Part shown: positions 10,110 to 20,032 of the stretch, one piece after another
Position numbering within the stretch: position 1 is the first letter of the stretch
How the letters are laid out: each line of letters begins with the position of its first letter
From: an uncultured archaeon
GTDB taxonomy: Archaea > Thermoplasmatota > Thermoplasmata > Thermoplasmatales > Thermoplasmataceae
Direction of reading: 5' to 3'
NCBI GenBank assembly: GCA_000965745.1
Contig: CP009479.1
Coordinates: 1,472,001 to 1,536,000 of the forward strand
Length of the DNA stretch: 64,000 nucleotides
The notes under the pieces: generated by a model
The model's input: only the letters and a program-made list of their open reading frames with translations
Told to the model about the DNA's origin: nothing
The model's database searches: none
Translations under genes and position numbers: made by a program

Positions 10110-10646
10110 TTACAGATACTCCGACTGCAATGTCATTCTGTCATTCGTTACCTTGGCAATTGAGCCCTGTAGCACAATGCTAAGGTACAGTTTTGATGAC
10201 GAAACATGTATCGGGGCACCGGTCTGAAGCTCAGTGCCTCCCACAACATTCCCGTTCTGGTAACTCATCGGTGAACTGCTGTAGAATATCTCCACCCCGC
10301 CCGGCAGAGTGCCGTTCAGGTATATGACAACTGAACCGGTGAAGCCAGGTGATGTGGCGTTAACGATCTCAAGGGAATTAATGAGTGTAGTGTTTCCAGT
10401 GCCGGGGGTGGTGTTCAGGTACAGTGTCTGAACGCCTGTGCTCTTGGCGCCGTTCCCGGTAAGAGATAAGTAACCAAGTTGATTGGCCAGTGAGTATCCC
10501 GGGCCGTCTGCAAGGTAAACCGGGTTGCTCTGGTTTGTATTGGTATTGACGCTAACGGGGTTGTTCACTATAACAGCGGCAGTTGCTAGGGACGGGAGCA
10601 GTGCTACACTGAATATAATAAGCCCCAGGAAAGTCTTCCTTTTCAT
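10110..10646 (-). CDS. secreted beta-rich protein (putative major filament subunit)
   Basis: Class I signal peptide (ATA|A), mature start AVIVNN, no membrane anchor. Confidence 0.75.
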   Translation of the reverse strand: MKRKTFLGLIIFSVALLPSLATAAVIVNNPVSVNTNTNQSNPVYLADGPGYSLANQLGYLSLTGNGAKSTGVQTLYLNTTPGTGNTTLINSLEIVNATSPGFTGSVVIYLNGTLPGGVEIFYSSSPMSYQNGNVVGGTELQTGAPIHVSSSKLYLSIVLQGSIAKVTNDRMTLQSEYL

Positions 10647-10801
10647 ATGTATCGAGATAATTAGGCATGAGTACTATATATTATTTTGCAGTTATATTAT
10701 TCTCAAAACGCTTAACTACTACCTCTAGAAGTATGATAACGCCCCATAATTTTGTATGTCGGTGATCCATTTAATAGGGACCTTTCCATAATTAATACGA
10801 T

Positions 10802-10978
10802 ATGACTGTACTCGGTCTCTGCCATATATGCAGCGCTCCAACCAACCTTCATTGCGGACTTTGCGGCAAGCCTACCTGCAATAAGCACTTGTCGTCCATC
10901 AGGGGGATGTCGGTCTGCCCTTCGTGCAGATTGAAGTTCGAGCCGGGAGAAGGAGAAAAACGGAAGCTTATGGAATGA
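10802..10978 (+). CDS. 58-aa zinc-finger protein (not in ORF track)
   Basis: Manual translation MTVLGLCHICSAPTNLHCGLCGKPTCNKHLSSIRGMSVCPSCRLKFEPGEGEKRKLME shows CxxC, CxxC, CxxH, CxxC. Confidence 0.75.
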   Translation: MTVLGLCHICSAPTNLHCGLCGKPTCNKHLSSIRGMSVCPSCRLKFEPGEGEKRKLME

Positions 10979-12440
10979 GCCTGAAATTTTTCAGCCAGTC
11001 TAGGTCACTGTTGTATATCTCCCTTATATCTGAAAGATTGTAGTATATCATCGCCAGCCTCTCAAGGCCAAGTCCCCAGGCAATCACGGGCTCCTTCAAC
11101 CCTAGAGGCTTGGTCACTTCAGGCCTGAAAACACCTGAACCTCCAAGCTCAACTTCTTTCCCATTGATCTTCACAACCACATCAATGCTTGGCTCAGTGT
11201 ACGGGTAATAGGAAGGCAGGAACTTTATGTCCTTGAACCCGAGGCTCTCATAAAAAATGCGCATCAGCCACTTGAGGGTGGATATGTTTGCCTCCTTGCT
11301 ATGTACGGCACCCTCTATCTGGTGCAATTCTGCGAGATGTTTCCAGTCCACGCTCTCATGCCTGAAAACCTTCTCCACAGAGAACAGTGCGAGAGGAGCC
11401 TCCTTGTTCTCATAGAGGTATCTGATTGTACTGACAGTCGTATGGGTCCTGAGCAACAGTTCCCTTGCGCGTTTCTCACTCCAGTCATACTGCCATCCAG
11501 GGTACTCTTCAACACCCTTTTCATGGACCTTTTTCAGGACTTCTAAAATTTCCGGATGTTCGAACTCAACTTCCTTTCCGCTTTTGAGGTAGAATGTATC
11601 CTGCATATCTCTGGCAGGGTGATCCTGGGGTATAAACAGGGCATCCATGTTCCATCCGGAATACTCAACATAGTGCCCCTTCATCTCCCTGAACCCCATT
11701 GAGAGGAAAATCTCCCTCACTCTTTCAATAAGGTATGTCATCGGGTGCTTTGAGGCGGAGTCAATCTTCTCAACCGGGGTATTGAGGTCGTATGATCTGA
11801 ATCTCTTGCCCTTCCAGCTGCGTGACACAATCATATCAGGTGTAAGAAAATCAATTCTCTCCTCTTCTGCGTGAGTACTTAAATATTCTTCCCCATCCTT
11901 GCTTATCTTCACAAGCCTTGTTGTTACTGCACGCACTGAAATTACATTCTCCCTCTTCCTGAAATGGTCGACCAGGTCCTCAGGAAGATCCTTCTCCCCT
12001 TCCCTGAGGGAAACGAGAAACTTCTTTCTCCTGCCTATCTCCTTCTTGATCGCGTCTGGATCGGAAATGGAAATCTCACCTGCCTTGGGGCGGATCCCGA
12101 ATCTAGAAAGCTGTGCCAGTGCTATCTTCCCCTCAGAAGGGCCGAGAATATCCATGCATTTCCTGACAGGCAACTTGCCTTCTTCCTGCAGAACAAGAAA
12201 GAGTCTCTCCTCCGGAAGCCCCTTTTCCAGGAATTCCTCTCCTTCATTGGAAAGCTGTATCCTGCTCCCTGTTTCCTTCTGAAGCTCGATCAGGCCCTTG
12301 GAATCAAGCCAGGAAACAGCGCTTGATATCTCCCTGTCTGAAAGAGATTCAATCTCCAGGGACTGTTCCCTTACAAAGCCTTTATCCTTCGTGGAAAGCA
12401 GGTGACGCAGTACACGCTCCTCATTGCGGCTTATTTCCAT
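10968..12440 (-). CDS. pheS: phenylalanine--tRNA ligase alpha subunit (archaeal type)
   Basis: HPARDMQDTF, LLRTHTT, FRHE, YPYTEPS, WGLGLERLAM. Confidence 0.97.
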   Translation of the reverse strand: MEISRNEERVLRHLLSTKDKGFVREQSLEIESLSDREISSAVSWLDSKGLIELQKETGSRIQLSNEGEEFLEKGLPEERLFLVLQEEGKLPVRKCMDILGPSEGKIALAQLSRFGIRPKAGEISISDPDAIKKEIGRRKKFLVSLREGEKDLPEDLVDHFRKRENVISVRAVTTRLVKISKDGEEYLSTHAEEERIDFLTPDMIVSRSWKGKRFRSYDLNTPVEKIDSASKHPMTYLIERVREIFLSMGFREMKGHYVEYSGWNMDALFIPQDHPARDMQDTFYLKSGKEVEFEHPEILEVLKKVHEKGVEEYPGWQYDWSEKRARELLLRTHTTVSTIRYLYENKEAPLALFSVEKVFRHESVDWKHLAELHQIEGAVHSKEANISTLKWLMRIFYESLGFKDIKFLPSYYPYTEPSIDVVVKINGKEVELGGSGVFRPEVTKPLGLKEPVIAWGLGLERLAMIYYNLSDIREIYNSDLDWLKNFRLIP

Positions 12441-12563
12441 TATGACGTCATAATTAAGCTCAGTTAATAAAATGATTGCTTCTGTGCTTCAGCCTTAATG
12501 CATAGGAAATCATAACCCGGCATGATTTGAAAATAGGCAAATTAAATCAATAAACATACCATA

Positions 12564-13781
12564 TTGAATCAGGAAATGAAGTCGGGCAGCAGTGATGGCA
12601 CGGAAGACTCGGTTGTGGACGAATCCTCAACGAAGTACGGTCAACTCCCTGTTACTGTGGCCAATCTCTGGACGTCGGCCCAGAGAAAATCAAATTCCAT
12701 TCATGAAATCTCTTACCGTGCCTGCTTCAAAGCAGAACTTCCGGAATTCTTCATAACCAGGTACTCGAATGATGGGGACGTTGTGTATGACCCCTTCATG
12801 GGCCGTGGCACCACACCCGTTGAAGCAGCGCTGAACCGCAGAATCCCATTTGGTGTGGACATAAACCCGTTGTCGGTTATTTTTGCACTTCCAAGGCTTG
12901 CCCCTCCTTCCGTTGATGAAGTTAGAAAACGGCTCATTGAAATCCCCATGGAAAGCGCCCTTCATCCAGATATAGACCTTACAATGTTTTTCCATGAAAG
13001 AACGGAGTCGGAAATCATGAGCGTGCGCAAGTACCTTTCAGACAGAAGAAAGGATGAGGCGGAGGACAAAGTGGACAGGTTCATTAGGATGGTTGCAACA
13101 AACAGGCTTACCGGGCACTCATCCGGTTTCTTTTCCGTCTATACGCTTCCACCCAACCAGGCAGCGACTCAGGAGTCTCAGGTAAGGATTAACAGAAGAC
13201 TAGGGCAGGTGCCAGTTTACAAGGATGTAAAATCCATCATCTTAAGGAAAACCAAGTCGCTTCTAAGAGACATCGACAATCAGAGTTTAAATACGCTTCG
13301 TGATTACGGCAAGAAAGCTCTCCTCGGAGTCCTTGACGCAAGGGACACGTCCTCATTGATAAAGGACGGTACGGTATCGCTGACAGTGACTTCACCCCCA
13401 TTTCTCAACATAGTCCAGTACAAGCTTGACAACTGGTTGAGGCTCTGGTTCAACGGCATAGACTTAAGCGACCGGAAAAGAGAGCCCTTTGTGACATCAA
13501 ACATGTCCCAGTGGAGTAAATTTACGGGGGAAGTATTCACTGATCTCTATCGAATTACGAAGGCAGGAGGAAGGGTAGCTTTCGAGGTTGGTGAGATCAG
13601 GAACGGCTCATTGAAACTTGAAGAGTATGTTCTGGATGCGGGGAAGAAAGCTGGTTTTGACGTTGAACGCCTGTTTATCAATTCCCAGAAATTCACAAAG
13701 ACATCAAACATATGGGGCGTAAAAAACAACAGGGACGGGACAAACACTAACAGGATAGTCCTGTTCAGAAAGGGAGGATAA
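12564..13781 (+). CDS. amino (N4-C/N6-A) DNA methyltransferase, orphan
   Basis: Motif I DPFMGRGTT precedes motif IV TSPPF. Confidence 0.88.
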   Translation: MNQEMKSGSSDGTEDSVVDESSTKYGQLPVTVANLWTSAQRKSNSIHEISYRACFKAELPEFFITRYSNDGDVVYDPFMGRGTTPVEAALNRRIPFGVDINPLSVIFALPRLAPPSVDEVRKRLIEIPMESALHPDIDLTMFFHERTESEIMSVRKYLSDRRKDEAEDKVDRFIRMVATNRLTGHSSGFFSVYTLPPNQAATQESQVRINRRLGQVPVYKDVKSIILRKTKSLLRDIDNQSLNTLRDYGKKALLGVLDARDTSSLIKDGTVSLTVTSPPFLNIVQYKLDNWLRLWFNGIDLSDRKREPFVTSNMSQWSKFTGEVFTDLYRITKAGGRVAFEVGEIRNGSLKLEEYVLDAGKKAGFDVERLFINSQKFTKTSNIWGVKNNRDGTNTNRIVLFRKGG

Positions 13782-13892
13782 ACTGGAAAACAGCCATTTA
13801 AGGCATTCTGCCTCGATTTTTGAACTGATATTTATCTTTATAACCTAACTGATAGCAAGTAACGGTAATTAGGACCTTTGGGGATACTTAAT

Positions 13893-14069
13893 TAGGGTAT
13901 CGTGGAAATCTAGTAGAGGTATGGAATACCAGTTACAACACTAACACTGAAAACGGAAAATTCAAAGGTACCGGATATTATGTCTGGCAACCCGAAGAAT
14001 ATACCGTTGTTAATGTTGCAACAGACGGATGATCGTCGGTAAACCATCCCGCAGTTCCATGGTACCCTA
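13893..14069. mobile_element. probable MITE or internally deleted IS
   Basis: Imperfect terminal inverted repeats TAGGGTATCGTGGAA (13893) and TTCCATGGTACCCTA (14055), with TA at both outer edges. No transposase. Confidence 0.55.
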
Positions 14070-14208
14070 TCTTATGTATTGAAATTTATTCCGAGGTTGA
14101 TTTATAATTGGCACCTGATAATTTCTTGCAGTCCACTCTATTCCCGTTCTGTATTAAAGGTTATACATAATGGTTATAGGTATACCCGGGATAAATTTTT
14201 GACGAATT

Positions 14209-17200
14209 ATGAAACCTGCGTATTTTATTCGAACCATAGTGCTCACTATCAGTATTCTAGTTGCCATAAGTTCAGTTTATGTTATCTTTACGACAGCCGA
14301 GAACCCGGAGAAGCCGTCTGAGGGGCCAAGAGACGGCAACCCCTCTTATGCGCAGGCTTCTGTAGTGACAAACAGCAATGGCTTGTCAATACTCGACAAG
14401 GTAAATGGCTCTGGAATACCGGACCAGTACGTTTATCTGCCAAACTTCAACGCGCCGGGCCTGTCCGACAGTGGCGTAACACAGCTGTACAAGAGATCTC
14501 CTGCTCCAATGGGCATAGCAGACTACGGAATGATGGAACCGTCAGGGTTCGTTATTCCCTATGAATACAACACTTCTGGCTTCCTTGGCACAGTGAAGTT
14601 TGAGAGCATAAAACCATTTTACCCAATGAACAATAACCCCGGGTCCATTTCCACCCAGTTGAGTGCCGTTCTCTCTGGTGTCACCATCAATGGAAACAGT
14701 GGCAATGACTTATGGATCAAGAGCGTTATGCTCTACACTCCCGCTACATCAGAGGTACAGTTTATATCAAACATATGGGACCTATCCACTCCAGGTATGG
14801 TTTTCCCTGTAAATGCCATCTCATCGGGTAACGGCCAGACTGTGCCAGGACTGTTCTACCATTACGCATCACCGAAATTAACGATGTCAGGCGAATTTAC
14901 GGCAAGCCTGTACATGGACGCTGCAAACATCAACGGGAACAATGCGGTGATACTCAAGTATCAGTTTTCCAACACTGAACAGAATTTTACCAGTGATCTT
15001 GTGGCTTACGATACTGTTGTATTCAATTCGGTTTCATCAGACATCCAGACAGCCGCGAATGCTGCATTCGAGGTAAACGGTTTCAAGAAGACCGCCTCCG
15101 GGCTTTTGTATGATGCAGAACTCGTGGTTACCGGTCCGGGCTCAGGAAGCACGACAACCATATACGAGGCAAATGGCCAGCTGACCCTGAAATTCAGGGC
15201 TGCTGACGGGACCCCTACGAAACTTCCTGCCTCATACAACTTTGGCTCGAACACCGGTGAGACTATACAAGGTCTTTCTGTCTGGTGGACATCGCTCATG
15301 AAGCCTATGGCCCACCTCAGCCTCGGGCCTTCTCTGCTCGTCTCTCTGTGGGGATCACAGGTGAGCCATTCTGGAGCGGTGAATATTCAGGGAAAAATAA
15401 ACCCGCCCAACTCATTCGTTTTCATCAGCATGGGGCAGACATTTGACAATTCGACTGCTTCCTGGGCTCCTGTCAACCCCAATGGAACCTACAAATTCTC
15501 CATGCCGGGAAGGATAGACTATTCTGGAATGGTTATCCTCAGCAATTATGAGCCATTCTACTTCAAGACCGCTTCCGCAGAGACGCACAATGAGACTGGT
15601 GAAGGAGGGGAAGGGCAGCCTCACGGAGGGCAGGGAGGATCTGGTGAGGAAGAGACTGCAGCCTGGCAGAATGCTACACTCAGCCTTAGCCTGACCAGAG
15701 GAGTTTACACCCCTCTGTATGCCAACGGTAATGATCAGGTGAAATACCTGACTGTCGGCTCATCATCAAATGGGACTTATGCCGGCAACGGCACTAAAGA
15801 TTCCCCCTACAAACTGGAAAATAACCAGTACGCCAGTCTGAATCAGCTGTTTTCACACAGCAACTACTTCCTGTACCCGGAATTCTCAGGAATGCAGATC
15901 ATGAACACTGGCGCAAGCATCGATGTAATATCTCCGCCAACCCTGCATATCCATTATACCACAGATATGTACTGGGTTCTGGACAAATACAAGCTCCCAC
16001 TCGTAAACAGCCTCAATATGGTATTCTATAACACAAGCGGTGTCAAGGTCTTAGACGCCGACTCCATTTCCGGATGGTTCCCAACCACTATGCTTCATGC
16101 TCCAGCAGCAAGCATGATGTTCTATGGATCAACAGACTTCCTCATTGCTTCAGATACTTTCAGTGGCATGGGGGCATCACTTCTCGTCTACAACAATGCG
16201 ACTGCTGACACAAACGGAACAATCTGGGGAAACCACTTCCTGGCGGATCATGTGATTCACAGCCAGTATTCCCTGAACATCAGGGGCGCAGACAACCCGT
16301 CGGGAGTTTCAGCATACAGTTCTGGAAACCTGATCTACAACAATTATTTCACATCAGGAATATCTGCCTTCAGTACCGGGGTTGACCCATACACAGGCAA
16401 CGCATCTGTGGTGTACCACAATGACTGGAATCTCTCAGGAAAGATGCCAGTTTCATACGTCAAGCACGTGAACGGGTACAACCTGACTGGAAGCATAGTT
16501 GACAGCGGCTACCAGGGGGGAAATTTCTGGGACAGGGAAATCACGACCATACCGTATAACTCCTCGGGGGGAATATCACACGGAGGGGATTACCTACCAC
16601 TCATTGAAATAACATACGGGGTAGCGTTCAACAGCCTTGGGCTGCCATCTGGCATCCCATGGTCTGTCACCCTGGATAATTCAGCCAGGGCCGGGACAAT
16701 TGGGACATCGATCGACATACAGGTTCCAAACGGCACGCATGTCTACAGGATCGGAAGCCCTGCAAACTATTCAGCAACTCCGGTGAACGGAACCATAATC
16801 ATGCAGGGGAATGCACAGGAATTGAACATTACATTCACCCACATGACATACCCGGTTAATTTCATCAGAAGCGGACATCCGGATGGCTTATCCTGGGGAG
16901 TATCAATGGGTGGCAAACACTCAACCTCGACATCAGACGTAATTACTTTCCTTTGTGAAAATGGCTCTTACAGTTACACAGTGGACGCGCTAAAAAACTA
17001 TAGCGCTGACAATTCATCAGGAAAGTTACTCGTCTATGGAGGCGAGGTCAATGAAAGCGTCCAATTCATGTATGCCCTTCACAGGATAACAGTACATGTA
17101 ACAGGGCTGGCAGAGGGAAATGAATGGAGTTTCACGATATCAGGTGAGAGGCACATGTCATCATCATCCAACATGTCCGTCTCCAGAGGAACTGGAATCT

Positions 17201-17637
17201 ACAGTTACAGCATTACCCCTCCGGATGAATATGCCGCATCTCCCTCTACAGGAACCCTGATGGTTCTTGATGAGGACGTTGTTGTGTCTGTAACCATGCA
17301 GGTCAAAACCTACGAAGTCCATTTCGTCCATGAAGGAATGCCGAGTGGAGTTCCGTGGCAGGTTGAATTTGCAAACCATTCGTTTACTTCAACCTCATCG
17401 GTCATAAGCTTCACAGTAACATCTGGGAACTACAGTTACACTGTTTCACCCCCAGACGGGTATTCTGCTGGGCTGAAATCCGGCTCCCTCGAGGTTGTCG
17501 CCAACGACCAGACCGTGAATGTTCAATTCTCAAAGAACCCTGACTATCTGGGAAATGCAGCATTGATCTCAATAGGTACTGCAGTGGGAATCGTTACAGG
17601 ACTCGGGGTCAGCCTGATGGTCTTCAGGAGGAAATAA
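14209..17637 (+). CDS. thermopsin-family (peptidase A5) membrane-anchored surface protein
   Basis: PAPMGIADYG, YDAELV..GPG, GSNTGET motifs; C-terminal Ig-like repeats, TM helix and RRK tail. Confidence 0.9.
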   Translation: MKPAYFIRTIVLTISILVAISSVYVIFTTAENPEKPSEGPRDGNPSYAQASVVTNSNGLSILDKVNGSGIPDQYVYLPNFNAPGLSDSGVTQLYKRSPAPMGIADYGMMEPSGFVIPYEYNTSGFLGTVKFESIKPFYPMNNNPGSISTQLSAVLSGVTINGNSGNDLWIKSVMLYTPATSEVQFISNIWDLSTPGMVFPVNAISSGNGQTVPGLFYHYASPKLTMSGEFTASLYMDAANINGNNAVILKYQFSNTEQNFTSDLVAYDTVVFNSVSSDIQTAANAAFEVNGFKKTASGLLYDAELVVTGPGSGSTTTIYEANGQLTLKFRAADGTPTKLPASYNFGSNTGETIQGLSVWWTSLMKPMAHLSLGPSLLVSLWGSQVSHSGAVNIQGKINPPNSFVFISMGQTFDNSTASWAPVNPNGTYKFSMPGRIDYSGMVILSNYEPFYFKTASAETHNETGEGGEGQPHGGQGGSGEEETAAWQNATLSLSLTRGVYTPLYANGNDQVKYLTVGSSSNGTYAGNGTKDSPYKLENNQYASLNQLFSHSNYFLYPEFSGMQIMNTGASIDVISPPTLHIHYTTDMYWVLDKYKLPLVNSLNMVFYNTSGVKVLDADSISGWFPTTMLHAPAASMMFYGSTDFLIASDTFSGMGASLLVYNNATADTNGTIWGNHFLADHVIHSQYSLNIRGADNPSGVSAYSSGNLIYNNYFTSGISAFSTGVDPYTGNASVVYHNDWNLSGKMPVSYVKHVNGYNLTGSIVDSGYQGGNFWDREITTIPYNSSGGISHGGDYLPLIEITYGVAFNSLGLPSGIPWSVTLDNSARAGTIGTSIDIQVPNGTHVYRIGSPANYSATPVNGTIIMQGNAQELNITFTHMTYPVNFIRSGHPDGLSWGVSMGGKHSTSTSDVITFLCENGSYSYTVDALKNYSADNSSGKLLVYGGEVNESVQFMYALHRITVHVTGLAEGNEWSFTISGERHMSSSSNMSVSRGTGIYSYSITPPDEYAASPSTGTLMVLDEDVVVSVTMQVKTYEVHFVHEGMPSGVPWQVEFANHSFTSTSSVISFTVTSGNYSYTVSPPDGYSAGLKSGSLEVVANDQTVNVQFSKNPDYLGNAALISIGTAVGIVTGLGVSLMVFRRK

Positions 17638-17681
17638 GATAAAGAGATAATTTTTTCACCAAAAAGGAAGGTGTGTCTTTT

Positions 17682-18704
17682 TCAGAAGCCTTCCAGAACA
17701 ATTTTTCCAATTGTAGTGCCACTTTCAATCTGTTTATGTGCTTTTCGCATGTTTGAGGCATTTATTGGTGACATTGTTGAGTTCAGGGTAGTTTTTATCC
17801 TGCCATTATCGATCAAATCTGCCAGATCGTTGAGTATTTCATGCTGAAAAATCAGGTCAGGTGTGTTGTAATTCGGCCTCGTCGACATGAATTCCCATGA
17901 AAAGACAACGCTTTTGTCCCATAGTGCTCCCATGTCTATGGGCCCCTTCGGGCCTATTATTGCGCATATGCGGCCCAGAGGAGCAATCACTTTGGCAATG
18001 CTGTCCCAGTGTTCGTCCAGCGAATTGAGGCAGAAGATATAGTCTACGTATTTCAGCCCTATATCGTTTATCTGATTCTTGAAATCTTTCGTCCTGTCTA
18101 TTGTGTAAGTAGCACCATGTGCTAAAGCCCACTCGGTGGATTCTGGCCGGGATGTGGTGGCGATCACTCTTAAACCAGCTTCATGTGCAAGTTGTGTTGC
18201 AATGGACCCAACTCCTCCGGCTCCGCCAATGATCAGTATCGTTTTCCCGATATTGAGGTCAGGGTCTCTTATGATCTTCATTCTGTCAAACATGCCCTCC
18301 CAGGCGGTAATGGAAGTGAGAGGCATTGCCGCAGCTTCAGCATGGGACAACGAGGCTGGCTTCTTCCCGGCTATCCTCTCGTCAACTACGTGAAATTCAG
18401 AATCCGCACCTTGGACACTCACGCTCCCTGCATAGTAAACCTCGTCTCCAGCTTTGAAGAGGTGGCAATCAGGTCCCGTCTCTTCAACTATTCCAGAAAC
18501 GTCCCATCCGGGTATGGCAAGTTTTCCGTCATCGGCTTTCCTTGCCCGGGTTTTGACATCGACAGGGTTAACTGAAACAGCCTTGACCCTGACGAGAAGA
18601 TTTCTCTCCCTGGGAGCTGGTTTGTCGATTTCAACATCTACAATGCTATTCGGGTCATCCACTGGGAGGTTCCTGTAAAATCCAACCGCCTTCATGATCT
18701 TCAA
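17682..18704 (-). CDS. MDR-family quinone oxidoreductase-like / zinc-binding ADH family protein
   Basis: SVNPVDVK, GWDVSG, PLTSITAWE, GGAGGVG, GKIVL. Confidence 0.9.
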   Translation of the reverse strand: MKIMKAVGFYRNLPVDDPNSIVDVEIDKPAPRERNLLVRVKAVSVNPVDVKTRARKADDGKLAIPGWDVSGIVEETGPDCHLFKAGDEVYYAGSVSVQGADSEFHVVDERIAGKKPASLSHAEAAAMPLTSITAWEGMFDRMKIIRDPDLNIGKTILIIGGAGGVGSIATQLAHEAGLRVIATTSRPESTEWALAHGATYTIDRTKDFKNQINDIGLKYVDYIFCLNSLDEHWDSIAKVIAPLGRICAIIGPKGPIDMGALWDKSVVFSWEFMSTRPNYNTPDLIFQHEILNDLADLIDNGRIKTTLNSTMSPINASNMRKAHKQIESGTTIGKIVLEGF

Positions 18705-18990
18705 TTAGGCGCATGTTGGTCATATTATTTTCTGAACAGGGGAAGCTACTGCTTTCCAAATGGAACTTCACTCCATATCTGGCCCATTGGTGGCATGTCT
18801 GAAGGAAACTTCCCGGAAGCTTCACCAAAGGCCCGTGGCGTAGATTAAATTTTTCCATTTGCCTTTCCAGGAGTCCATGCATTCACACGCAACAGTATCA
18901 GTACATAATACCTTTATCCGGCGTGGACCGCCCCTGGAACCTGCAACCCATGGTTAAGGTATAATAGAAGCTGCAAATTGGGAAATTCGT

Positions 18991-19677
18991 ATGTTGCCAG
19001 CCGAAAACCATGGCATGCCGAAGGCCGCATTATCCTGGAGCTCCGGCAAGGATTCTGCCTTTGCACTTTACCGGGTACTCCAGAGCGGGAAATACGACAT
19101 AGTCACACTGCTGACCACTGTCACGACGTCCTACGACAGAGTTTCCATTCATGGCGTCAGAGAAGAATTGCTTGCTATGCAGGCTGAAAATACAGGCCTG
19201 CCTGTGATGAAGGTCGAGATACCTCCGAAGAGCAGTAATGCCGATTATGAAAGAGCAATGGCAGAAGCGGTGCAAAAGCTGAATCATATGGGTGTTGAAT
19301 ACATTATATTCGGCGATATTTTTCTTGAAGATGTCAAGAGGTACCGCGAGGACAGAATGGCTGGGACCGGGATAACGCCAGTATTTCCTAACTGGGGTGA
19401 AGACACCGGGAAGATGGCAAGAGACATAGTCAATGCGGGAATTGGAGCCCGCATAGTTTGCCTTGACCCAAAGAAGCTTGACAGAAGATTTGGAGGGGCT
19501 GAATTCGATCTGGAATTTCTCGGGTCTCTCCCACCCGACGTTGATCCATGTGGGGAGAGGGGCGAATTCCATACATTTGTATACAGGGCGCCCTTCTTTG
19601 CAAAATCACTGGGTGTGAAGACAGGCGAGATTGTGGAACGCGATGGATTTTTATTCACAGACCTGTATATTCCATAA
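18991..19677 (+). CDS. PP-loop ATPase, diphthamide synthase (Dph6)-like family
   Basis: SWSSGKDS, FGDIFLED, DPCGERGEFHTFV. Confidence 0.85.
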   Translation: MLPAENHGMPKAALSWSSGKDSAFALYRVLQSGKYDIVTLLTTVTTSYDRVSIHGVREELLAMQAENTGLPVMKVEIPPKSSNADYERAMAEAVQKLNHMGVEYIIFGDIFLEDVKRYREDRMAGTGITPVFPNWGEDTGKMARDIVNAGIGARIVCLDPKKLDRRFGGAEFDLEFLGSLPPDVDPCGERGEFHTFVYRAPFFAKSLGVKTGEIVERDGFLFTDLYIP

Positions 19678-19892
19678 GCTCTTCATTGAGGCCTTTAAGA
19701 AATAGGTTCCATGCCATTGTCTCCAACCTAAGGAGGTTTCATCATGCCCAATTTACATAGGACCGGGAACAAGTGAACGTTCATGATCGTTTAAGAGCGC
19801 CACAATAAGCGATACTGAAAGGAAACCAGAAACTTTGCGATGAGATCTTGGGCGCTTTCTCCAGATACAAGGCATTTGCTTATAATTGTCAA

Positions 19893-19965
19893 TGGGTCTG
19901 CCCGGATTTGGACCGGAGTCTCCAACTCCCGAAGCTGGAAGGATACCAGGCTACCCCACAGACCC
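19893..19965 (-). tRNA. tRNA-Pro(CGG)
   Basis: Reverse complement GGGTCTGTGGGGTAGCCTGGTATCCTTCCAGCTTCGGGAGTTGGAGACTCCGGTCCAAATCCGGGCAGACCCA; anticodon loop TTCGGGA. Confidence 0.92.
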
Positions 19966-20032
19966 AATTGACCGGATAATGTTCTCTATGCTTTTAAAGT
20001 TAACATTGACGACTCACAGGGCAACGGCTCAC

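Noticed and set aside
9465-10646. Type IV pilins for the 39-44 kb operon
   Set aside because: No class III signal peptide (K/R-G/A cleavage before the hydrophobic stretch). The signals look like class I.
3145-13781. HNH nuclease and methyltransferase as one restriction-modification system
   Set aside because: They lie more than 8 kb apart, separated by housekeeping genes, with no evidence of linkage.
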